The notes beneath the pieces were generated by a model that did no database searches, was not told where the DNA came from, and saw only the letters and a program-made list of their open reading frames with translations. Shown here piece by piece: positions 19,023-27,665 of a stretch of 39,654 bases of DNA (the first letter of the stretch is position 1; each line of letters opens with the position of its first letter). This DNA comes from an uncultured bacterium (GTDB lineage Bacteria > Latescibacterota > UBA2968). The position numbers and the translations under genes are program-made. Location of the stretch: contig CAYYGZ010000008.1 of NCBI GenBank assembly GCA_964471275.1, positions 1-39,654 on the forward strand. The letters run 5' to 3'.

Positions 19023-20921
19023 ATGTCCGAGATCATAGAACAGGAGAAGGAGATGGGTGTAGAGGATGTGAAGGCATTGAGAGAAGGATTCGCAAGCCGG
19101 TGCGAGCGGATGATCGAGGCTCAGCGGGGGGAGCCTTTCAAGAAGGCGCCGATCGACTACGACTGGAACGACCGCGGAAACTTTACGAGGAAATATGCGC
19201 ATTCGGTAACGACGTTCGCGATGCAGGCGCTCCATCTGAACGAACAGGTTGATGTGGCGAACGAGGCCCTGCAGGAACTGTGTCAACATTATCTCGATAA
19301 TCCGACAGATCTGCTCGAAGCGCACAGTTTCCATTGGTCGGGAGCACTCTACAATCGACTCTGGGCGTTCTTCGGAGAAACGGGCAGCGTCTCCCAGAAT
19401 CGGTTGGATGAGAAGACACAGGCCCTTCTGCTGGACGTGATGTGGCACTGGGCCGAGAAGGCGTCCCCAGCCCTGGACCCGAGTACAGATCACATCTGGC
19501 GTTTTCCGAATTCAGAGAACCATCACGCAATGGGTATCGTGACGACGTGGGGTTTCTGCGATGTTCTGCGCAAGATACCGGCCTACTCGGATCAGCGCTT
19601 TGAGGACGATCGATCGGCAGGCGAGCACTACGATGCGTGGACCGCGTATTTCAAGGCCTACTTCAGGGTACGTGCCGGCAAGGGACAATCGGTAGAGATC
19701 GCGAGCAAGAGTTACAACGCCCATACGATTCAGATGTGGTACAACCTTGTGGATTTCGCGGAGGATCAGGATCTCAGGCATCTGGCGACCTGCTTCCTGG
19801 ATCTGTATTGGGTGACCTGGGCGGAAGAACAGATGGATGGTGTCCGTGGTGGCGGTAAGACACGGATCTATCAGGGCCGGGCAAGTAGAACGGCATCGGG
19901 AGGGGGTGTTGAGGAGATGGCACAGCTCTACCTCAGCAGCTGCCTCGATGGGAAAATGAGTTCGCTTGCCTGGGTGACGACGACGAGCAGTTACCGGATG
20001 CCGGAAGAGGTGATGGCCCTGGCGCTTGAGGTAGATAAGCGGGGCGAGTATGAGGTCATCCAAAGATGTATGGGCCTGCGGGAGCCAGGATGGGAACGAA
20101 TTCCGAATCACCCCGTTGTGCCGTTCGGCGTGAACGGATTGCGTGGCGATTTCGGAGGCTTTCTCCGGTATTCCTACTGCACACCCGATTTTGTTGTGGG
20201 TACGCTGATGGTCGAACCCCGCCCGAACAGCGACTGGACTGGAGTCGCTGCACAGAATCGGTGGCAGGGCGTGATTTTTCGCGGTGATCCCAACGCTGCG
20301 ATCGTCCCAGAATGCCTGGCCGTGGATACGCATCTCAACATGAATTACCATGCAAATACGATGAACCAACACTGGTCGGTGCAGAAGAAGGGGACACTGA
20401 TCACGCAGAAACTTGCCTGTCCCGAATTCAGTATCCAGACCGGGGACAGTCGTGTCTGGATTTCCAGTAGCGGGCTATCGGATCCCGTTGAGGCGAGTGG
20501 TTGGGTCATTGTCCAGGCGAGCGGAGCATACGCGGGAATCTACGTGGCAGATGGCGGGTATGTGTGGGATGATCCTCCGGAGGACGGGGCGGGACGCTGG
20601 TTGAGATGCAATAACGATCTCTCACCGATCGTGATCGAGGTATCGCGGAAGGAGAGCTTCGATGGTCTTCATGCCTTCCAGACTGCACTTCTATCCAGGA
20701 CACCGTCTCTTGAGGAAGGCGTTCTCAGGTATGAAGGTCTCGATCGCGATTCGTTCGTATTTTACTCAGATTACGGATCGCTGCCAGAAATAGACGGTAC
20801 GTCCATCGATCTGACCCCAGACAAGGTCTACGACAGCCCGCACGTGCAGTCCGATTGGGATAGCGGCGTCGTGACTGTCTCGTATGGTGAAAGTAAACGC
20901 GAGCTGAATTTTACTATTTGA
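19023..20921 (+). CDS. Hypothetical 632-aa protein, possibly lyase-like (helical toroid plus beta domain)
   Basis: Long ORF co-oriented with GH38 and URO-D; motifs SENHHAM and EIASKSYN; no family firmly recognised. Confidence 0.75.
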   Translation: MSEIIEQEKEMGVEDVKALREGFASRCERMIEAQRGEPFKKAPIDYDWNDRGNFTRKYAHSVTTFAMQALHLNEQVDVANEALQELCQHYLDNPTDLLEAHSFHWSGALYNRLWAFFGETGSVSQNRLDEKTQALLLDVMWHWAEKASPALDPSTDHIWRFPNSENHHAMGIVTTWGFCDVLRKIPAYSDQRFEDDRSAGEHYDAWTAYFKAYFRVRAGKGQSVEIASKSYNAHTIQMWYNLVDFAEDQDLRHLATCFLDLYWVTWAEEQMDGVRGGGKTRIYQGRASRTASGGGVEEMAQLYLSSCLDGKMSSLAWVTTTSSYRMPEEVMALALEVDKRGEYEVIQRCMGLREPGWERIPNHPVVPFGVNGLRGDFGGFLRYSYCTPDFVVGTLMVEPRPNSDWTGVAAQNRWQGVIFRGDPNAAIVPECLAVDTHLNMNYHANTMNQHWSVQKKGTLITQKLACPEFSIQTGDSRVWISSSGLSDPVEASGWVIVQASGAYAGIYVADGGYVWDDPPEDGAGRWLRCNNDLSPIVIEVSRKESFDGLHAFQTALLSRTPSLEEGVLRYEGLDRDSFVFYSDYGSLPEIDGTSIDLTPDKVYDSPHVQSDWDSGVVTVSYGESKRELNFTI

Positions 20922-20940
20922 GCTGTTTGTGGGTTGTTTT

Positions 20941-20968
20941 TGTATAAATATTGGACAATATGTGTATA
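20941..20968 (+). promoter_or_regulatory. Candidate toxin-antitoxin operator/promoter
   Basis: Palindrome ATATTG-GA-CAATAT (20948-61) flanked by TGTATA direct repeats, immediately before the brnT ATG. Confidence 0.45.
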
Positions 20969-21231
20969 TGAACATATTAGAATATGATCACGACAAGAGT
21001 GGCCAGAATGTGCTGAAACACGTCATAGACTTTATTGCGGCGCAGCTGATATGGGAAGATGGCCGTATGGTGGAAGTTCCTGCACGGCCAGAGGGAGAGT
21101 CCAGGTCGCTGGTGATGGGGAAGATACACGACAAACTCTGGGCTGCCGTCATCACCCACCAAAATGACAGAATCAGGGCTATTTCTGTCAGGAGAGCGCG
21201 CTTGGAGGAAGTGAGGATATATGAAGAGTGA
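20968..21231 (+). CDS. brnT: BrnT family toxin (possibly degenerate)
   Basis: EYDHDKSGQNVLKHVIDF...KLWAAVIT...IRAISVRRARLEEVRIYE; overlaps the antitoxin start. Confidence 0.8.
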   Translation: MNILEYDHDKSGQNVLKHVIDFIAAQLIWEDGRMVEVPARPEGESRSLVMGKIHDKLWAAVITHQNDRIRAISVRRARLEEVRIYEE

Positions 21232-21448
21232 GGAATTCGATCGGAGATTCGACGAGGGGGAGGACATATCCGACCATCTCGATCTTAGTCAACTGAGAAG
21301 ACCTAACTTTGAGTCAAAGCGTGTCAATGTCGACTTCCCCGCCTAGATGGTTGCGTCTTTGGATCGGGAAGCAAAACGTCTTGGCGTGACGAGGCAATCG
21401 ATTATCAAGGTTTGGATCGCTGATCGACTGGAGCACGCAAAGAGCTGA
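21221..21448 (+). pseudogene. brnA: BrnA/CopG-type antitoxin with premature TAG
   Basis: MKSEEFDRRFDEGEDISDHLDLSQLRRPNFESKRVNVDFPA*MVASLDREAKRLGVTRQSIIKVWIADRL; TAG at 21344-46 where the family usually has Trp. Not in the ORF track. Confidence 0.85.
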
Positions 21449-21472
21449 TCAACCAGAGCATCAGGATGAGAG

Positions 21473-21508
21473 GGAACGGCGTCTGCGAATGCCGTTCCTT
21501 TTTCGTTT
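21473..21508 (+). terminator. Rho-independent terminator
   Basis: Stem ggaacggc (21473-80)/gccgttcc (21491-98) followed by tttttcgttt. Confidence 0.75.
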
Positions 21509-21593
21509 GTGGGAGTGAGTGAACGGCCCTATCAAATCCTCGGATCACTCTCCGGAAGATCGTGTCAACTGCAAGCGACGACTGAGGTCTGTG

Positions 21594-22571
21594 ATGGAAA
21601 CAGTGAAATGGGGAATCATCGGATGCGGTAATGTCTGCGAGGTAAAGAATGGGCCCGGACTGTACAAGGCCGACCACTCCGAACTGGTCGCCGTGATGCG
21701 ACGGGATGGTGCTGCGGCGGGGGACTACGCGGAACGTCACGGTGTCGCGCGATTTTACGATGACGCGCAGAAGCTGATCGACGACGACGAGGTGAACGTG
21801 ATCTACGTGGCGACGCCGCCATCCACGCACTGTGAATATGCACTTGCGGTGGCGGCAGCTGGCAAACCGTGTGTTGTCGAAAAACCGATGGGATGCAGCA
21901 CGAGTGAGTGTGAGCAGATGGTCGATGCGTTCAAATCGAAGGGCATCCCTCTGTTCGTCCAGTTCTACAGACGGGCCCTTCCTCGGTTCCTGAAGGTCAG
22001 AGAGCTGCTGAGCGAGGAGAAGATCGGACGGCTTACGAGCGTTCACATCGTGCACTATGGTCGTCTGGCCACGGGAGAAAGCGCATCGGGCTGGCGATAC
22101 GATCCCGACATTGCAGGCGCAGGTCAGTTCTTCGATCTGGCATCTCATGGGATGGACATCCTCGATTATCTCGTGGGCCCGGTGAAGGTAGCTACCGGAC
22201 ACGCACTCAACACAGGCGGCAGCTACACAGCCGAAGATGTGACAGTGATGAGTTTCCTGTTCGAGAACAACGTGGCAGGCACTGGTGTGTGGAACTTCAA
22301 CTCAGACCACGGGGACGATACGATGACGTTCACTGGGTCAAAGGGACAGATTCAGTGCCCGGTGTTCAGTGACACGAACGTCGAGATTCGGATGGCCGAT
22401 GGAGAATCACAGTCTATCGAGGCACCGAATCCACAGCACGTCGGACAGCCCTTGCAGGAGACGATTATCGCTCAACTCCGGGGAGAGGGAACGTGCGAAT
22501 CGACAGGTGAGAGTGGATTGAGGACTCAGCGCGTTCTCGATGCCTGTGTGAAGTCGTTCTACGAAAGGTAG
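21594..22571 (+). CDS. Gfo/Idh/MocA family oxidoreductase
   Basis: WGIIGCGNVCE, IYVATPPSTH, VEKPM, DLASHGMD. Confidence 0.93.
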   Translation: METVKWGIIGCGNVCEVKNGPGLYKADHSELVAVMRRDGAAAGDYAERHGVARFYDDAQKLIDDDEVNVIYVATPPSTHCEYALAVAAAGKPCVVEKPMGCSTSECEQMVDAFKSKGIPLFVQFYRRALPRFLKVRELLSEEKIGRLTSVHIVHYGRLATGESASGWRYDPDIAGAGQFFDLASHGMDILDYLVGPVKVATGHALNTGGSYTAEDVTVMSFLFENNVAGTGVWNFNSDHGDDTMTFTGSKGQIQCPVFSDTNVEIRMADGESQSIEAPNPQHVGQPLQETIIAQLRGEGTCESTGESGLRTQRVLDACVKSFYER

Positions 22572-22762
22572 TCCTGAGACGACGGCGTTGATCAGAAGAA
22601 GAGGGGATGGGAGGTAAGGCAGGGAATAGGCAAATAGGCAGGTAGGCAAATCGGGGAAGACTAGACCGCTGTGTCAGCTTCTGGCCGATTGCCGCCTTCC
22701 TAGCCTTATACGGTGACCAGTAGAAAGCCCGGTTCTCCCACTAAGAAAGGGTTCGGCCACAC

Positions 22763-23566
22763 ATGATCATCGAATGGAACGCACATATGTTCAGCTCGGA
22801 TGTGGGGACGTATCCGTTTCATCCAGAGGCAGCCTATCATCCGAACACAGATCTGATGGTAGTGGATCCCTTGAAGGTGTATCGGGAACGTATGTCCGAG
22901 GAAGGGATCGATCGGGCGGTTCTGGTTCACCCTGAGCCGTATGGGGATGACCATCGGTTGGCTCTGGCGTGCCAGGAGAGAGAACCGGATCTGGTGCGGA
23001 TTACGAGTCTGTTCTATCCGAAGGATCCGGATGCGGTCAGCAAGCTCGGTGATCTGGTAGCAAGACAGCCGAAGGTGATCTCGACGCGGTTTCACGCGCA
23101 TCGAGGGAAGGAGCAATATCTGGATGCGTTCTCGGATCCGAACGTGATCGCGATCTGGGAGAAGGCGATCGACTTGAGGCTGATCGTCGAGCTGCACATC
23201 GGGCCGGACTACGCGAGCCAGGTGGGAGCCGTAATCGCAGGCCATCCGGAGACAGTGGTGCTGATCGATCATCTGGCGGAACCGCACAAGGGAGATGCCG
23301 TCGAGTTCGCGAATGTGCTGGAGTTGGCTCACTTCGATCACGTGTACATGAAGCTGTCCGGACTGAACCACTTCAAGACGGACGCGCCGCTATACGAGAG
23401 TGCGAAGCCGTTTACGAAGCGGGTCGTGGACGCCTTCGGGCCCGATCGGCTGGTATGGGGGAGCGGTCTCCCGAAGATCGTAGATGTGCATATGGCGGGG
23501 TACAGCGAAGAGGACCGTATAAAGGTAAAGGGCGGGAATCTGGCGCGGATCATTGACTGGGGGTAG
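22763..23566 (+). CDS. Amidohydrolase_2 family protein (sugar lactonase-like)
   Basis: NAHMF, IDRAVLVHP, LIDHLAEP, YMKLSG, AFGPDRLVWGS. Confidence 0.85.
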   Translation: MIIEWNAHMFSSDVGTYPFHPEAAYHPNTDLMVVDPLKVYRERMSEEGIDRAVLVHPEPYGDDHRLALACQEREPDLVRITSLFYPKDPDAVSKLGDLVARQPKVISTRFHAHRGKEQYLDAFSDPNVIAIWEKAIDLRLIVELHIGPDYASQVGAVIAGHPETVVLIDHLAEPHKGDAVEFANVLELAHFDHVYMKLSGLNHFKTDAPLYESAKPFTKRVVDAFGPDRLVWGSGLPKIVDVHMAGYSEEDRIKVKGGNLARIIDWG

Positions 23567-23605
23567 GGGGGAGTTCAAGATGAACAGGGGTGTTCCAGAT
23601 CAAGT

Positions 23606-23739
23606 CGTCATCCTGAGGCGCAGCCGAAGGATCTCTACCCGATCAGGCCCATCTCGTCAAAGTCTACCGGATGAGCCAGAATTCACCTCGGCCGCGCTCG
23701 GTGCAGGCGCCGGGATCTTTCGTTTCACTCAGGATGACG
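23606..23739. repeat. REPIN/MITE-like long inverted repeat
   Basis: cgtcatcctgag (23606-17) is the perfect reverse complement of ctcaggatgacg (23728-39); inner arms gaaggatctc/gggatctttc. Confidence 0.75.
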
Positions 23740-23745
23740 GTGGTT

Positions 23746-26265
23746 ATGAAGAGGACGATGTTTCCAACGCTGAAGCACTATGATCAAGACCATCTGGATC
23801 GGATTGCGATGCCGATCGGGGGAATCGGAACCGGCACTGTTTCGCTGGGTGGAAGAGGAGATCTGCGCGATTGGGAGGTGATGAACCGACCCGGTAAGGG
23901 ATTCGTTCCCACGTATGGTCACAGACGAGTCGGGCCGTTCTTTGCCCTTTATGCCAAACGTGCAGGTGAGGATGCCGTGACACGCGCGCTTGAGGGCCCC
24001 GTGAGCGAGGCTCTGTTCGAAGGTGCGACCGGGGGCTCGGCAGTGAATCACGGACTCCCCCGTTTCGCGGACTGTTCATTTGACACGGCATACCCGTTCG
24101 GCAGAACGAATCTTGCCGACCCGGACGTTCCGCTGGGCGTGAAGGTGGAAGCATTCAACCCGCTGATTCCGGGGAATCCGGACGACAGCGGTCTTCCGAT
24201 CGCTGTTCTCAGGTTCGTACTCACAAATAAAGGCAGGAAACGAGTCACCGCCTCGGTTTGTGGATCGGTCCCAAATTTTATCGGCAATGACGGTGTGGAT
24301 ACGTTGGCGAAGAGAAACCGTAACCGATTTCGAACATCCAGATCGATACGCGGTATCCGTATGGACTCGCCTGGTGTCGACAAAGGTGCGGCCACGTGGG
24401 GTACGATGGCACTTGCCACGACCGCGAAGTCCGGGATCACCCATCGTATCGCGTGGAAGAAGGCCGGGTGGGGGACATCGCTGCTGGAGTTCTGGGATGA
24501 CTTCTCAGCGGATGGTCGGCTCACGCCGCAGCGATCATCCGGCGAGGACGCACCGATGGCTTCACTTGCAATCAGGACTGTCGTACCGGCGAAGTCACAG
24601 AAGACTATCACCTTTCTTGTGGGTTGGCACTTCCCCAACCGATATACCTGGTCTCCATCAGACGATACCTGCTGTGAAGCCGATCGAATCGGGAACTACT
24701 ACACCACCCGGTTCCGAGACGCTTGGGATGCTGCAGAGACCACGGCGCGCCGATTGCGATCGCTAGAATTAAAGACTGCGGAGTTTGTGAGCGCGTTCTG
24801 CGATACCGATCTCCCCGAATCTGTCAAAGAGGCGGCTCTGTTCAACGTGAGCACGCTCAGAACCCAGACCTGTTTCCAGACACCCGACGGCCGCCTGTAC
24901 GGTTGGGAAGGATATCACGATCACACGGGCTGCTGTATGGGATCGTGCACACACGTCTGGAACTACGAGCAGACGGTTGCCTTTCTGTTTGGAGATCTTG
25001 CCCGATCGATGCGAGATGTGGAGTTCTGCCACGCAACGCGCGAAGATGGAATGATGAGCTTCCGGACGCATCTGCCGCTTGGTCGTGCCGGAGATTTTGG
25101 CAAGGCAGCCGCGGATGGTCAGATGGGGTGTGTGGCGAAGGCCTACCGGGATTGGCAGCTTTCCGGGGACGATTCGTTTCTGGAAAGTGTATGGCCGAAC
25201 GTTCGGAAAGCCGTCGAGTTCTGCTGGGTTGACGGCGGGTGGGATAGCGACCGCGACGGGGTGATGGAAGGCTGCCAGCACAACACAATGGATGTCGAGT
25301 ATTACGGTCCCAACCCGCAGATGCAGCTCTGGTATCTCTGTGCGCTTCGCGCGGCGGAGGAGATGGCCTGGTATCTCGGGGAGACCGATTTCGCGACGAA
25401 ATGCCGCGAGCTGTACGAGAGAGGACGGGCGTGGACAGACGCCAATCTCTTCAATGGTGAATACTACGAGCATGAGGTACGTACACCTCGACGTACACGA
25501 GATATGGCACCGAGTCTTCGACTCCACATGGGCGCTGCAAAGGTGATGCAGCCTGATTACCAGCTTGGGAATGGGTGTCTTGTCGATCAACTGGTGGGGC
25601 AGTTCATGGCCCACGTCTGCGGTCTGGGCTATCTCGTGAAGCCCTCACACGTGCGCAGGACTCTGCGCAGCATCACGAAGTACAATCGTCGTGATGGGTT
25701 TATCGATCACTTCAACTGCATGCGCAGCTATGCGATGGGTGACGAGTCTGCGCTCCTGATGGCAAGCTATCCGAGAGGACGTCCGGACAACCCGTTTCCC
25801 TACTTTACGGAGGTGATGACGGGGTTCGAGTATACTGCTGCGATCGGGATGCTCTACGAGGGGCAGGATGCTGCGGGTCTTCGTGCGATCGATGACATCC
25901 GGTCACGATATGACGGGGCGAAGCGGAGCCCGTTCGACGAGGCGGAATGTGGCCATCACTACGCGCGGGCGATGATCGCGTGGGCGGCCCACCTGGCGAT
26001 CACCGGGTTTCATTACTCGGCAGTGGATGAGGTGATGACTTTTGCGGCTAAACCCGGCCGGTGGTTCTGGTCGAACGGGTCGGCGTGGGGGCAGGTGAGG
26101 GTCGAGGAAGGGCGAGACGGGTTGTGTGTTGCGCTCAAGACGCTGTCGGGACAGCTGCGTCTGAAGAGGTTCGTACTGACAGGCCTGGGGCACCATGACT
26201 TCAAGCGGAAGACCGGTAGTGGTGCTAAGAAGGAGCTGTTATTCCAGATCAAAAATCGGAGTTAG
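23746..26265 (+). CDS. GH116 (GBA2-like) glycoside hydrolase
   Basis: MPIGGIGTGTVSLGGRG, AFNPLIPGNPDDSGLP, GWEG, GSCTHVWNY, ADGQMG, QHNTMDVE, ECGHHYARAM. Start 23746 or 23758. Confidence 0.92.
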   Translation: MKRTMFPTLKHYDQDHLDRIAMPIGGIGTGTVSLGGRGDLRDWEVMNRPGKGFVPTYGHRRVGPFFALYAKRAGEDAVTRALEGPVSEALFEGATGGSAVNHGLPRFADCSFDTAYPFGRTNLADPDVPLGVKVEAFNPLIPGNPDDSGLPIAVLRFVLTNKGRKRVTASVCGSVPNFIGNDGVDTLAKRNRNRFRTSRSIRGIRMDSPGVDKGAATWGTMALATTAKSGITHRIAWKKAGWGTSLLEFWDDFSADGRLTPQRSSGEDAPMASLAIRTVVPAKSQKTITFLVGWHFPNRYTWSPSDDTCCEADRIGNYYTTRFRDAWDAAETTARRLRSLELKTAEFVSAFCDTDLPESVKEAALFNVSTLRTQTCFQTPDGRLYGWEGYHDHTGCCMGSCTHVWNYEQTVAFLFGDLARSMRDVEFCHATREDGMMSFRTHLPLGRAGDFGKAAADGQMGCVAKAYRDWQLSGDDSFLESVWPNVRKAVEFCWVDGGWDSDRDGVMEGCQHNTMDVEYYGPNPQMQLWYLCALRAAEEMAWYLGETDFATKCRELYERGRAWTDANLFNGEYYEHEVRTPRRTRDMAPSLRLHMGAAKVMQPDYQLGNGCLVDQLVGQFMAHVCGLGYLVKPSHVRRTLRSITKYNRRDGFIDHFNCMRSYAMGDESALLMASYPRGRPDNPFPYFTEVMTGFEYTAAIGMLYEGQDAAGLRAIDDIRSRYDGAKRSPFDEAECGHHYARAMIAWAAHLAITGFHYSAVDEVMTFAAKPGRWFWSNGSAWGQVRVEEGRDGLCVALKTLSGQLRLKRFVLTGLGHHDFKRKTGSGAKKELLFQIKNRS

Positions 26266-26395
26266 GGGGGATCCGGGAGGCAGTGTAGAGGCGATCCAGG
26301 TTCAAAGAGAGAAGGAGCGTTCCAGGGACGACCCTTGATTCAGAGTCACATGAGGCGTCCTCGAGTGCCTGTTCAAAATGACTGAGGAGTAGTGG

Positions 26396-27586
26396 GTGAG
26401 TGGTGTGATGGTGAAGACGGGATGGGTGGCGAGGGTACCGTTCTTCTACGGTTGGGTGATGCTTCCGGTGACGATGGTTGTGTTGATGGCGACGACACCG
26501 GGGCAGACGTTCGGGGTGTCGACGTTCAGTCCCTATCTGCTGCGAGAGTTCGGATTCTCACAGAGCGAGCTGACTGGCGCGTATATGCTCAGGACGCTGC
26601 TGGCCTCGATTCCGATGGTCTATATCGGTGCGCTGAATGGATCGCTACGGGCCTTGCAGGGAGCTCGCCGGTGTGGTGACGTTCTTTGGTCTTGCCTGTA
26701 TGGGGATGTCGCAAACCCAGGGACAGGTAACGGTCTTCTTCGGGTTCCTCTTTCTGCGTATGCTTGGCCAGGGCGCGGTGAGCTTCCTGGGCGGCAATGC
26801 TCTGGCGATGTGGTTCAATCGCAAGCTGGGTTTTACCAGCGGAATCATGAATCTGGGAGAGGCGTTTGCCGTGGGTGTCTTTCCTACGGCGAACCTTGTG
26901 CTGATTCACACCATCGGCTGGCGAAGCGCCTATGCCACGCTGGGTGTGGTCATCTGAGTGCTGATCCTGCCAATGCTGGCCCTGGTATTCCGTAATCGAC
27001 CCGAAGAGATCGGCCAGCTGGTGGATGGCGAGTCGAATGCGGATCACGCGGACTCAGGTGTTGTGGAAACCAGCCCATTTCGCGACCACAGTCTGAGGGA
27101 GGCATTGAGGGCCTGGCAATACTGGATCATGGTGACTGCATCTGCGCTTCCGTCGATGATCATCACGGGCATTCATTTCCACACCGTGCAGATCTATCTC
27201 GACCACGGGGTGCAGGAGTTCGACGCTGCGGCGATGTTCTCGACGTATGCCAAGTCGCTGTCTGTGATCAAGCTGCTGGGAGGTGTCCTGGCGGGATCGT
27301 GTTGCTGATGCAGGTGTCGGATACGTGGACGTCGAATGTGTTTTCGGCGGTGGCGGCGACAGCCTGGGTAAGGTACTGTGGGCGCACGCATCTGGGGAAG
27401 ATCAGAGGAGGATTGACAACAGTGGGCGTGGAGGCTTCGAGTGCGGGACCGTTTGTGATGGGTGCGGGGTACGATCAGTTTGGCGGATATCATGAAGTTT
27501 TCTGGGTGTTTCTGGTGGTTACGGTGCCGATGATCGGGGTGTCGCTGTGGGCGACGGAACCGGAGAAGACTTACAGGGACAACTGA
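26396..27586 (+). pseudogene. MFS transporter pseudogene
   Basis: PFFYGWVML...PGQTFGVSTF; frameshift ~26636 (GAL|MDRYG); in-frame TGA at 26955-57; frameshift ~27292 and an apparent internal deletion before ...YCGRTHLGKIRG. Confidence 0.85.
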
Positions 27587-27633
27587 CCAATGACAATTGA
27601 CAAGAGCGTGTTGCGGGGATGGTCCAGATTGGC

Positions 27634-27663
27634 GAGAAATCCTTCGCTTCGCTCGGGATGACG
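27634..27663. repeat. Half copy of the GTCATCCTGAG-type REP element
   Basis: atccttcgcttcgctcgggatgacg resembles the right arm at 23712-23739. Confidence 0.65.
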
Positions 27664-27665
27664 GG

